Source of the DNA: Lepidodermella squamata
Lineage: Eukaryota > Animalia > Gastrotricha
DNA: 64,000 nucleotides
NCBI GenBank assembly: GCA_047495785.1
Contig: JBLDXI010000011.1
Location: 682,001 to 746,000, forward strand
Direction of reading: 5' to 3'
The notes below the pieces were generated by a model. The model had not been told where the DNA came from and searched no databases. It worked only from the letters and a program-made list of their open reading frames with translations. The position numbers and the translations under genes were made by a program. Positions within the stretch are counted from its first letter, which is position 1; every line of letters begins with the position of its first letter. Shown here in pieces: positions 50,800 to 63,241 of the stretch.

Positions 50800-53700
50800 T
50801 TAAATCGCCGAGCATTTTGCTGCAGCGATTTTACTATCCGGAAGGGAATCCACAGGAGCTCTCGAGAAGGTAATGGCAGTATTGTGAGCCGTTTTCAGTC
50901 GTACGCAGCATTCCATGAACGTTGAGCCATGTTTTACGGAATTATCAACAAAGTCATCCTGGAAGCAAAGGGAATATCTTTAAATCGGCGTCATAAATTT
51001 ATATACCGTAACGAGTGGTATCTTCGGACAAAACATGTTTTTCGAACATTAAAAATCAGCCTTCGCTTATAATTACTGAAATTCTCACCAAAGATGGGAG
51101 CGGTGATTGTTGAACTTACTGCGAATTTTCAGAATTTTCAGAATTTTACCTGACCTTTGGCAAATTAAAATGTGTTCCGGTAACTTTGGACAATTCGAGG
51201 ATAATTTTGGACGCTCATTTGCAAATGCAATTTCATTGCAATTTCATTGTGAATGATCAGTTTTTCATGGTCACTTTAGGGTCAGATTACGAAAGAAATT
51301 ATGGACAGAGGCGCATCATTTGTTTTTCAGAAGTTCAATAAAAATACGTTTCTGAGCAATTTTTTTCTGGTCTGGTGTAAACTATCGTAAAATCCTGGTT
51401 GAAATGGAATAAAAAACGAGAAATTGGTAACGAAAATGCTTCTTGTGATTTTTGGTAAAAACGTTCATGTTTGGTATTTACGGTAGAATTTGCCGCTGAA
51501 CCAATTTTTTCTGGTCTGGTGTAAACTATCGTAAAATCCTGGTTGAAATGGAATAAAAAACGAGAAATTGGTAACGAAAATGCTTCTTGTGATTTTTGGT
51601 AAAAACGTTCATGTTTGGTATTTACGGTAGAATTTGCCGCTGAACCAGGGTTGGGGTTTATACAGATATTTCAAATTTCGGATCTGTTTAAACGTTTAAA
51701 CGTTTAAACACATGTTTAAACAGGTATATATACAGATAATGTAAAAATGGGTATTTTGCTCCAAGCTACATCTCGTCAACCGTATCTCTAGTTCAATGCG
51801 ACGATGGTGACATCGAATCACCCGCATCAGGTAGCGATTATCGATTATCGATTATTGATTATTGGTAACTGATCGAGTGATCGATTTTTCAAAATTTAGC
51901 TCAATCGATTTTATGTGATACAGTGTGGTCTTTCTAAAGTATTTCAGCTGTGCGGTATTGATCCTGGGGACATAATGACTCTTAGACGATTTCTGGCTTG
52001 CTGTTATCTATGAAAATGTGAGCTTTTTTGCGCGGCAACACCCCAAAAACCGCTTTTTGAAAAAACCGGTTTATACCGGTTGGGGTTCAAACCGAATACC
52101 CTGGCTGGAGTTCAAAAGTGTTTCACAAACCGCACTTGCTGACGAAGAGTCGCCATCGTCGCACGAGTATGGCATCTCGATGCAGTAAGCCCCGCTAGGT
52201 CCGCTGCAAACTTTGAACGGCATGTCGTCAACTCCACCGAAGCACGCCACGGCCAGCTGCGAGTCGACGCTGTACATGACGCTCGATAGTTTGCCCCTTA
52301 TTAGCGTGCCCATGTTTTGAGGCTGGCAGCAAGTGTAAAGCCAATCGTCCGTATAGTAGCTGTGAACAGGTCTCACCACGCTCTGTTGAAAGATGCAAAT
52401 TCAGCTATCAGCTAAGTATCATTCGTTTGATTTTACTTTACTGCCTTTTCGCGTTGCGCGTGTACACAGTATGATGTTATAACATATATGTACATGGAAG
52501 TAGGAATATTTATAGGCGCCTCACCGTCGACACACAGTGTTTAGACATGTCATTCGACAAATGTTGTATAATTTAATTTTTTAATATAGCGGTAGAGCGA
52601 GTATTAATTATATTTTCAGGTATTTCATTCCAGATTTTGTATATCCTATTTCCGATAGAGAATTTTCGTACATCGGTATGGCATTTAGACGCATTGTGTT
52701 TGAGGTTGTAAGTTGAAAAAAATCTGCACGCTGATTGGTCAGTTGGCTCGTATCCATGACTCCGCCTTGCTACTTGATCGTGCGATGTTTGCATAAAATA
52801 TCTTTTTATGAATGGTTTTACGCATTTGTTGGAAACGCGTGCTACGATACGGCCTTCATAAAAATAATAAAAGCCACAAATTATATAGATCGCACGATCA
52901 AGTAGCAAGGCGGAGTCATGGATACGAGCCAACTGACCAATCAGCGTGCGGATTTTTTTCAACTTACAACCTCAAACACAATGCGGAATTCGATAATTAG
53001 ACTTTCTGGGAATACGAAGTACGATCGAATGAGCGATCAAAGTGTTTTACGTCGCTAGTCGCTAACGATATTCATGATTTCCTTATACGGTTTCAGGAGT
53101 TTTGCTGAGCTTGATCACTTCAAACTTTCCGAATTTGGTGGGGGCTTGAAATATGAAATAAACTGGATCCAGTACTGTGTAAGTGGATCTTAAATACCTA
53201 ACTCCTCTTTTCCCCTCCATTTCTTCGCTAATATGTTAATACTCTATGATATCGATTTTCTTGACCTCAGTTCTCGATCAAGCATTGGAATGGTATTTTT
53301 GAGAGATCGAAACCGCTCAATATCTATTTACCAGCTAGACAGGTCACATGAGTCATCCTGTCTGTACGGAGATGACGAATTTCAATATTAGAAGCTTCCA
53401 GCAGTTCACTAACAGTTAAAGATCCAGGCAGATGATTGAGGATCTAAGCCCAAGAGGAGCAAAATATCAAAAGGAGTAAACTCGAGTGAGGGAAAGAGCG
53501 GATTTTTTACTGCTAGAATTATTTGCTCGCGCAATAATACTCTGAGTGAGCTAAAAATTGCTTCAAAAAAGCTTGAATGAATGCAAAAAGTAGCAAAGCG
53601 ATTTTTAGAAGAGTATTAATACTAAAGTATGCGTCATATTTTTTTGCATCGCATTTTTTGAATTACTTCTCAACCATTTTTTGAATTTTTTGAAGCGGTT

Positions 53701-54787
53701 TCCACCAGTCAGTAGATAATAGATCTAGTCTGCGGTAAAATTTCCTCAAATTTCATTGGTGACAAAAATGCTGCCCACGATTTTTATTGAATATACCAAT
53801 TTTTCAAAAATTTCATGTACAGGATTTGAGACTGTGTGGCATCGCGAAATGCTTTTTCGGAATTTGTTGAATGATCTGTTAAAACATTACGAAGCCTTCA
53901 GTTTTGGATAGTCGAACAATATTTTCAGGAATCGGTATGACGTAGATCCATTACGGACCATCCTCTCAAAAAAACTTGAAGCCTCTGGCAAGAGAGACAA
54001 TCAATTCAGACCAAATAAGATGCAAAAATAGCATTATTCAAAATTGAGCATTTTCAATAAAAATCGCGGGCAGCATTTTCGTCGCCAATTTTTTCTCTCG
54101 CATACAATTCTAATGAAATGTGAGGAAATTTTACCGCAGACTAGATCTATCGACTGGTGGTAACCGCTCCAAAAAATTCCTCATGGTTATGAAGTAATTC
54201 AAAAAATGCGATGCAAAAATTTTTTTACGCATACTTCAATTTCGCGAATAACATCCTGCATCTAAGGGTATTCCTGAATTGGAGAAAAATTGGAATAGAC
54301 CGCTTATCAGCCCCACGGAAAAGGTACTTTTTTAATCATTACAGGCATTACTGACATTGAAGAAACAAGAACAATATTTCATCTGATGATGGAAGGTTGA
54401 TTTAAAAGCGATAATCGACGAAACTTGGCGAATGATCTTGACTAGAATTAATAAATCAGATCTTACCTTTCCGCCCAGCAAGCACGTTCCGATATCTGTA
54501 CAGTAGCGAATAGTCTGCTGCGACGACGGAGCGCCCCGCGTTGTTATCTCGCAAAGGCTGGAAGGCTGGCAAGTGTAAGGAGAAGAACATGATAAGCTAG
54601 CAGAGCACGATGTTGACGGTGGACAAGAAGGTCCAGTTGACGCACTGGGGCTTGCACATTTCTGGCCGAATGAGCATGAACCCGGCGGGCAGACAATGCC
54701 AACCGACGCGGCGACTGGTGATGAAGCTGTTGGGCAAGTCCGAACAACACTTGCCAGCCAAGACAGAATCAAAATTCCTCTTAACAT
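50800..54787 (-). CDS. Gene G2: alpha class (54787-54467, 52382-52131, 50958-50800)
   Basis: Paralogue of G1; exons open; the exon-2 donor gtttgt was placed by homology. Confidence 0.86.
51357..51645 (+). repeat. Two near-identical tandem copies of a ~145-bp unit
   Basis: CAATTTTTTTCTGGTCTGGTG...TTTGCCGCTGAAC occurs twice, differing only in T-run length. Confidence 0.9.
52573..52689 (-). mobile_element. 3' remnant of a CR1/L2-like LINE ORF2
   Basis: VRKFSIGNRIYKIWNEIPENII resembles the R..F..R....WN.LP C-terminal motif of these LINEs. Confidence 0.55.
52690..52985. repeat. Near-perfect inverted repeat (97-bp arms, ~100-bp spacer)
   Basis: 52690-52786 is the reverse complement of 52889-52985, with one mismatch seen. 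Confidence 0.9.
53625..54236. mobile_element. Foldback element in G2 intron 1
   Basis: AAGTATGCGT..TTTTTGCATCGCATTTTTTGAATTACTTC and its reverse complement at the two ends. Confidence 0.75.
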
Positions 54788-55249
54788 CTTGGTTGAAGTC
54801 CAAAAGTCATAATTCGATACGAAGAAGAGTCGCGGAATAGAAAATTTTCCAAAAGTAGGAAATTAACCAAATTCGGGACAAAAAGCGGCAAAAATGTCAT
54901 TTCAAGAAGCAAGCGCTGAGAATGAATTGGTTTAGCATTTGCGGTAAAAAATTAGAAACACTCATGACAATTGTTAAAAGCAAAGAATTTCAGAGCAACT
55001 CACAATGGAGATGCTCACTCATATTTTATCATCTCGTGGACGCAAGGACTATTTCTGTGGACGATCATGCTGGTATCTGGTATTCAGTGCTATTGTCTTC
55101 GTTAGATAATGACTAATTTATTACAAAGAGTAAAACGAGTGCCGCTATTAACTCGAATTTTTCTAACCAGACTTCAAAAAATTTGTAATCTTTATTGCCA
55201 AGTACAAATTAATCAGCTAATTGATTTTTATTTGTTTTCAAGTGTTTCC

Positions 55250-57198
55250 TCATTTGGTTTTCGTGTAGTCTCGCAGGAGCTTTGCAACTTCACCAGCCTG
55301 ATTGCGATCCTTCTTCTCAGCATCCAGCGCCAGAGCATACGCTGTTTTGTTATGCCCATCTCTCGAGTCGAAAATACCCGGCGAACCGTGACCGGCTAGA
55401 AAAGCGGTCGAGTGCAACTGGCCGTTGATAGCAGCACGGTGCAGCGGCGTTCGGCCTTGAAAATCTTTCGACTCGAAAACGTGGGCGAACACAAGTTCAA
55501 GAATTTCGGCACTCCCGGCTGCTGCGGCTAGATGGACGGCCGTTGAAGCGTTATCACTATCAGCCTCGCTGTGGGCGAATAGATCTCCACCACGTTCCAA
55601 TAGATACCTACAAATAAGAAAATTCGGGAAAAATCAAGGGAAAATTTGAAAAAATATCTCGCAGCTGTGTGATAACTCTGTAATTTCTTCGAGATTTTTT
55701 TATTTCGTTCAGCTGGAAAATCATTCTGTCAAAAAATGCTCCCTTACCTTGCCACGTTAACGCTACCGTGAGCGCAAGCTGTTAGTAAAGGCGTTCGTCC
55801 ATATTGGCCCCTTTCCTCCAGATTAAGCCCAGCCTCTTCCACCAAAAATTGCGCCATACCCGCATAGTCATTGATAGCCGCAAGGTGAAGGGCGTTGTTG
55901 TCGCGCGTATTTTTCGCTTCTTTGTTCGCGCCTCGTTCTATGAGAAGCTCTGCTATCTTGACCTTGCCATTGCGGGCAGCTTCCATTAACGGGGTGGACT
56001 CGAAATCTTCTTCGCCGGTTTTCGCTTCCACGAGGGCCGGATCTTTTGCTAAGAGGATTTCAACAACTTCCAAATGCCCACCTGTTAGCAGAGATAAATT
56101 AGTATATTTCATTAGGTTCTGGGATTTTTCGAGAGAATAGGTCATCCCAATTGCTAACCTGCGGAAGCGAGATGGATGGGCAGCCATTGCATCGCATCTC
56201 GAGCATTCACATCAGCCGCAGCTGTTTCAACCAAGAACTTTGCTGTTCCAACGTGCCCCATGAGTGAGGCTAGGTGCAATGCCGATGCTCCTAACTTATT
56301 CTTTAGCTGAACATTGGCGCCTAATTCGAGGAGACATTGAATGGCCTCGGTACGGCCATGTCGAGCAGCTCGATGTATGGGCATATCGCCTATAGAATCA
56401 GCGTGGTGTTGATCGAGTAAATGATCCCCCTCACGAGCTATTATAGCTCTGATCTCATCGATATCGCCAAGTTTCGCTGCCTCGAGAATCGGATGGACCT
56501 ACAAACGTTGGGGAAAATGAAAAATTGAAATTTGAATATTATTAGTAAAAAAGTAAAAGGAGCTACCTCAATTTTGATATTTTCGGCTTGATCCTGGGCC
56601 AACACGAGTTTTTTCTGAATTTCAGCGATGAGGCGTTCGGTAGCTTGTTTGGACACCATAGACATATCAACTACAGCTGTATGGGTACCGAAAATCGCTG
56701 CTAGCCATCCGTCAACCTTATCACTGTTATTTGAAAATTGACAACAAATTAGAGAAAAATGAATGATGAATGGGGATCTTCCAATAAATTCGAACAAATT
56801 TTCAGTGGAAAGTCTTAAAATGAAAAATCTTTCTCTGTGGCCTTTGTCAAAATTGAATACTTGGGCCGATATATTGCTTGGAATCGGAATAAGATTGCTT
56901 ACTTTTTCTCGATTTTGACACCAACCATCGGTTTGAGCTGGTCGTGAGCGTAGCACGCCTCACTTTTGCAAGACCTGTTCTCCTTGTACTCGTGCGTGAA
57001 AATGATGACGACTACGCTGGAATTCTCGATACCATCCGCCATCGCCTTGGCATCAGGCCGCCCGCCTGAGGTAACCACGTTGAAGCCATGGAGTTTCAAG
57101 TCCCGAATAATAGCAGACACTCGGAGCTCATTTCGCCACCAATAGCTGACAAAAACCTGCGGAAGTCCAGCAACAGTCTGCCGTGGGGATGATGACAT
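55250..57198 (-). CDS. TIR (TIR_2-like) domain + ankyrin-repeat protein, 5 exons (57198-56903, 56723-56567, 56498-56159, 56081-55748, 55607-55250)
   Basis: QVFVSYWW..AMADGIENSSVVVIIFTHEY..SCKSEACYA..KPMV..DGWLAAIFG fits a TIR fold. Ankyrin repeats include PIHRAARHG, ALHLASLMGH, TPLMEAARNG, TPLHRAAING. Splice phases 2,0,1,2 give one continuous frame. Confidence 0.88.
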
Positions 57199-57803
57199 GA
57201 TTCTCCGGGAAATTTCTAAATGATTTCTTTGGTGTGAATTCAGTAAGATTGATCGCTTATGACCTCGCTAAGTTTGTAAATACACAGGTGACAACATTCG
57301 CTCAGCCGATGTTTTCTCGTTAATAATTAACGACCTTGCGTTGCTAAGCAATCACCTTATAGCCAAAGCATCTAATAAAACGATTTTACTCCTCTTAAGA
57401 CTCATAGGCCTTGAGTGTATTTAGTGCGAGGTACGCATTAATTGATAGCCGAGGTGGGGGATCTAGGAGGATTGAAATTATGCACTTTAAGGCTGAGTGC
57501 TGAAATCAGCGAGTGCAATTGAAAAAATTGGGAAAAACTCCCCGATTATTAGTCTCTAGTTTTGCAATATGTTTTGCAATGTGATGTGGGTGTTTGAATT
57601 ATTCATGGCTTGAAGCCAATGTGACATGTTGTCGCGAGAAAAATTGACACATTTGGTCGATTGCGGCCGGAAAACAACTTTTGGCCGACGTAAATATAGC
57701 CAAAAACTGCTTTAATTATTCATTCACGCGGCTTTTTGGTCGACTTCTATGAATCGCGGTCTAGTTATATTTCTTGGCTTGAAGCAAGGGGATTTCGAAA
57801 TAT

Positions 57804-57980
57804 TCATTTTTGCCCTTCCTTGCCTTGTGAACCCTCGATACCTCTTGTATGTTTTATTCGTGCAGCCGTATCATCGAAAACTTTACGAAGAGCCTTCGCC
57901 TTTCCAAATTCACATGAAACAATGACCCTTACGTGGTCTAAACTTTTCCGGAAGTCAATGGTTACGCATTTCAATACAAC
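57804..57980 (-). mobile_element. Eroded non-LTR reverse transcriptase fragment
   Basis: TIDFRKSLDHV resembles the LINE RT motif lDfxKAFDxV. Confidence 0.4.
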
Positions 57981-58071
57981 ACATAATGGTATTTGATCTA
58001 TAATTATGAATATTAGGTACAATCAAGCGAGAGAGTATTCTTTCATTTTGAGGCCGCCGCTAGGGATGATG

Positions 58072-60109
58072 TTAGTTTCGGATGCACTTGTCGACGGTGA
58101 ACGCTGGTGTGCCAATCGTAGTCGTTGCGTGCAGTGTTCCTTGGGTTGACGCTTGAGACAAACCAGAGCAGCACTTGGCGTAGCTGTTGTAGGCGAATGT
58201 CGCAGTTGGCAGAGTATCAGACTACGTTTCAAAAATGGTTTCAAAATAAATTAGGAAATGGGTAATACGTGAAATTCGAACGATCAATGAATTTTGGATC
58301 CCTCTTCTTTCTCTTCTTCTAGTATTTCTCTAGTATGGAAAATTAGGCGAAAATAAGAAAAATTAAATAAGGATTCTACCTTGCGAAAGTTCAAAGATAT
58401 TATATACTAAAATTATTCAATGAATTGATATAAAAATGAATTTTGCTTGTAAAATAAGGCAAATTTGAGGTCCAAAGAGAAAGTGCAGCCAACTCTGATC
58501 TTTTAATTAAACAATGATTATTCTGGAGGACTGAATTCTTTTCTGTGGGTTAAATTGGAGGTAACCAAGTATCAACTGAGGGCCAGCATAAAATACTAGT
58601 GCATTTTATATCAACTTACCCCGAGGGTGTCGATGCCAACACCCGCCGACTCGCACGAGGACGGGAATCGGAGGCAGTACGGCTGAGCGCTGTTCGCCGA
58701 CGCGCAGACCTTGTACGGGAGGAGGTCATTAATGATAGCGAAACACGCACTGACAGTTGTAGTACTCGTGCCCGAAGCGACCGTGTAAGAGTCCCATGAA
58801 ACGGCGCTGATGGCGTTGCAGCACGCGTCGTAGGTGGTCGCGGTTTGGGAGACGATTGTGCCGCCGAAACTGCACGTCTTAGCCGTGGTGCAGTAACGCA
58901 AGTTGCTGGTCGCGATGCCGAGACCACCGGTGGTTGTCAAAGAGCAAACGGCATAGTTCTAAAAGTAGATAAAAATTAAGAATAATATTAGGAAAGCATG
59001 AAAAATTGATGCCAGAGCGGAGTAATGTTTACACTCAATGGATTGAATCCAAGCTAAGCTTCGAGCTTCCTTTATATATCATTATATGTCATTATATGTC
59101 ATTAATTGCAATTACGCTTCAATCAATCTTTTTCAAAGGATTATTCATCTAAAAATGTAAAAACCTTGGCTAGACGCTCGAGCTTGAAGCTCGCTTTGTC
59201 GTTAAACTCACTTCATTCAAGATTAGGAATCAGCTGAAGTTTTCCACAATCGAATACCCAATAACATTCAAATTTCCGATGAAAAGTGTTCTTTCCAGCT
59301 ATTTAGTGAATTTTCGGCTCGAATTTGATATACAACTTTCAAAGACACGAATCGGTTGATTTAAGCTGATTCGTGCCGTGAACGATTTGGTCTAATCTAT
59401 TGCAGGAATTTTAGATTTCAGTTACGGCTACGTTAAGACTGCCCAACTATATTTGAACTAATGAATTATTCTTAACGAGAGGTTGAGAGGATTTGGCATC
59501 AAATTCGAGCCCGATTCATGCGAAAAATGCAAAATCTTTACAAGATGATTGGATAAGGGATGATGGAAAATAATCGTGTAGATTTCTAATCCGATTTTTA
59601 TAACTTCTAAGTTCAATCAGGGTGCGATCTTGGACCCTGGAGCTGCCATGGATGGGAAAATTCCTGCTGTATTTGTCAAAATAACAAGAGATTTCAACCA
59701 AAAAACTAGCGAGGCGAGGAAATAGGGAAGAGAAACGCTCCAAAACCTCTGCAAATTGACGAAACAGTTAGGTACATTTTCATTTTCTTGTCTAGTATGG
59801 TTGAACTAGTCGCACAGTGAGATCAAGTTCTATCAGACCCTTAGACGCTTTACAAATTTAGCTGGAAGTTAATTCTCGGTAATAAACAAACGGTAAGACC
59901 GGAAATCATTGAAGATATGAGAATTTAAGAATTTAAGGCTGGCTTACGTCTGAGCACGAAAGCGATGTTGTAGAGCAGACGTTAGGAGTCATGCAAGATT
60001 GGCCCGACTGGCACACGCCGGTCGCACAGTTGGTGGCGGGCGAAGTCGAAGGCGGGCAGGCGATGGCTGCGCCCAGAAGCGCGCCGAGTGCAATCAAAGT
60101 CGGCAGCAT
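58072..60109 (-). CDS. Gene H: divergent family member, beta-like (60109-59948, 58958-58620, 58221-58072)
   Basis: MLPTLIALGALLGAAIA-CPPS..; exon 2 NYAVCSLTTTGGLGIATSNLRYC..CC..YCLRFPSSC..IDTLG; exon 3 ..YAKCC..VDKCIRN*. Confidence 0.88.
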
Positions 60110-60522
60110 ATTGTCGTCTGTAGATTGGCCTTTCTTACAATCGCTTCCAAGTGAGAAGATGGCAAAAAAACAACAGCAACGACGGCTCCGAGTTGAACGA
60201 GCACTTGATGAAGAGGCGACTAATTGCTTTCAATTTTTACGCGCCGACCGGCCTTGTGTTTATCAACGCCGGCTACAAGAATTAATATAAACCCGTCTTA
60301 AAACTTAATATACCCACGATGAGTATAGTTGAAGACTCATTAACTTGCCGCGCTTTTGTTGGTTGGCAGTGGCGGCCGGCGATGAAAAAAAGAACCGGCG
60401 ACCATCCATCCATCGCCCGCCTGCGTAAAGCGGCAAAAACAAAGTAGCAGTAGTAGTAGCGGGCGACCATCTTCTCATCGCATAATATAGCCGTATAATA
60501 AAGTGACGAAAAACACTCGATC

Positions 60523-62735
60523 ATGCTCGATCTGTTGCAGCTATTGGCACTTGCCGGCCTTGTTGGAATCGCAGTCGCGTGTCCCGCGTCTTCGACCGCT
60601 CCTGGGACGAACTGCGCGACCGGCATCTGCTCGAGCGGAACCGCCTGCTACGCTCCGAATACTTGCTCGTCGGCCACTCAGAGCTGCATGAGCCCTGCAC
60701 CGGTAAGCAATTGAACGTATTCAGAGCTACTCCTTGAAAGTCTGAAAAATTAAATTTAGTCACGAGACACAAGTCTTGATAGAGCTTCACACCTTTAAAC
60801 TCGAAACCCTTAAATACTTCGGCTTAAATACTTAGGCTTTCACATGCGCTTTTTGAGTAAGAGATTTAGGTAGGGTTGTTACAACTCCGAGTTTGCCTAT
60901 AAAACCCCTCGTTTTTGCCACCGAAAGCTCATGTGAGCTCATTGGTCTCACTTTTGCACTGCCTGTGGCTTTTTCAAAGGCATAATTCCTGGCTTTCCAA
61001 GATTTTACCACGCCTTTGAGGGGACACGTGTGACACTGTTCGAACACTGATTTTCACTAAGATTTGCCCCATCCGAATGACTGCGATTTTCTCATCTCTA
61101 TCTCTAATTACAGGTCCACAGGTGATGCGAGTCCGATCATATTCGATTTTTTAGGTGATGGTTTTAGGTTATATTATCTAGTTTCAAGTATTGACATCAA
61201 GGAATGCTGAAATTAAATGAAGAAAGATCTTCATCGTGAGGTTCGGTCGTATGTTTCTGCTTCTGCTCTTTTCACTCGAATGCCTGTGAGCTTCAGGGAG
61301 TCGCTTCTTGGATCAAATTTGTAGAATTAATTTAATGGATAGCCCTTATTCCACACTCCAAGGATCTAAAATTTAAGACCTACTGTAATTGATGGTCGAG
61401 ATTGCCCCATCCGTGCAGTTGGATTCAGCCAATTTGTTGTAGCATCCTAATTGCTGCGTTAGATGCTTTCAGCATTGGATTTTCAGATTCTAAACTGCTC
61501 CCATGACAGACGCTAACAGTCCTCCTCACTGATACCACCGAAATAATCATTGTTCAAAAATCAGTATTGGCATAAGCATTTAAAGCCCAAAAATCACGCA
61601 GCCGTTCTTTTTAAGTCTGAGCTCTGAGCATGGGGCGCGATTTCGATCGTTTTGAGTACATTTCAAAGGCGTCGTTATTAGTTATTGAAAATTCGACCAA
61701 TTTGTTGCGAACTGTCTATGGAACTAGTATTTTTTTCTGATCCAAGCTCCAAAGTAGACAAAAACCAATTCAGGTCTCAGGTCTAAATTGAAAATATTGC
61801 TATTATAGCCTCAGGGGGATTCGTTTTCATGTTCCTTCATACTGACCATGCAAATTGAAGGATTTTCCCCGATTTCGAAACTTTCGAAGTTTTAGTGAAT
61901 TGTTTTGGTTTGTCTTGCTACGTCAACGTCAGATCTCAAACAATCAGACTGATTTGCAATTTTTGATTTTCCCAAATTCTTATGTTGCATCTGACTTTTA
62001 GACTGTTTACCTCGGCTGTCAAATCTCCACCGTTGGTTCAACGATAAGCACTGTTAGGTACTGCTCCCGCTCGGGTTCATGCCCGCTCGGCGGCATCCAA
62101 ATCAACACGCCAGCACCCGTTTCCGCAGCCACGTTCGACGACTGCTGCACAGCCATCGCTTACGCAGGCATACCAGTCACCTATGAATCTTACACGGTCA
62201 GTGGCTCGATTGTCAACTCGTGCATCGCTACCAGCTCTGCCACGCCGTACCGAGTTTGCGCCTCGGTTAACACGTCGCCAGCTTACTGCCTCCGCTTTCC
62301 GCTCAGCTGCGAAACTTACGCTGTAGGCCAGTCGACTACTCTGGTAAGATAATTTTGCCGCTCTAAGTACTGTTTCCTCTAGAAAACTGAAATTAAGTCT
62401 AGCATTCAGTTGACATTCCTAATATTAGGTAAATAGTAATTACTGGGAACCTAATTTCATATTTGAGAAGGGCTCAGCCAGGAATAATAATTAGCTTCTT
62501 GATCTGGCTTAGTTTCACATTCGCAGAAATTCATGAGTTGGTCATCGCTAACTAGAAGATGAAATTTAAATTTGTTAACTAGGCTGATGTCACAATAACT
62601 CCGTCAGTCTTGCAATTCGCAAGCTACGCCAAGTGCTGTGCAGCCCTCACCGAGACCGCTGGCATCACGCATACGTCATCGGCTACGACGGCAACTGCTC
62701 AGGGCTTCTCTGTTGACAAGTGCAGCCGTGGTTAA
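60523..62735 (+). CDS. Gene I: divergent family member, alpha-like (60523-60702, 62002-62343, 62583-62735)
   Basis: MLDLLQLLALAGLVGIAVA-CP..; exon 2 TVYLGCQISTVGSTISTVRYCSRSGSCPLGG..FDDCC..YCLRFPLSC; exon 3 ..YAKCC..VDKCSRG*. Exons 2-3 are missing from the ORF track. Confidence 0.88.
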
Positions 62736-63241
62736 GTCCTAGCTACATTCGCCAAAGTAAAGCCAACGAAACGAGATTTAAAACAATTTATTCAATTAAT
62801 TTATTATTCATGCATGTATGGTCCAGAAATCCTATCTATGAATTGTGCCAATGCTGATCGAATTGAAAATAACTGAAATTGTTCAATAAAGTTCTTTGTT
62901 CGAGATGCTGTGCCTTATAGATTCCAAAATCTTATATTCTGTCTGAAAAGAACTTCAAAGTTGGCTAACGGCAAATCTTTTCAGAACTTCAATTATTTTA
63001 CTTCATTTTTTTATCCGGAGTTTTCTGCTTGGTGAGGAGGCTATTTCAAAAATGTTGCTCTCGATTGTCGATATGAATTTTGGTACTGAAGCAATTTTCA
63101 TTAGGAAAGAGGACGTACATTTTTCTGAAAGAGATCAATACTTCCCCCTTCATAAAAAATGCATAGGTTCGCGATAAATCGATGACGCATCACTTATTCA
63201 ATCGCCGTATGAACAAACCTTACTGCTCATAACTTCCCAAA

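Larger units (their letters stand above)
6950..55354 (+). repeat. Tandem segmental duplication: unit 1 ~6950-36784, unit 2 ~37578-55354
   Basis: Same order and orientation B+ C- D+ E- F+ G- followed by the ankyrin 3' end; pairwise closest paralogues; conserved spacers. Confidence 0.9.

Noticed and set aside
6950-55354. Somatic V(D)J-like recombination or invertible-cassette switching
   Set aside because: No recombination signal repeats or recombinase are seen; each gene has its own complete exon set apart from A'.
59350-61700. Coding-like stretches in the first introns of H and I
   Set aside because: Interrupted frames without recognisable motifs; probably old transposon debris.
4380-62735. 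Assignment of the Cys-rich family to known toxins, EGF, WAP, granulin or TIL domains
   Set aside because: Cys spacing does not convincingly match any of these by eye; left unassigned pending profile searches.
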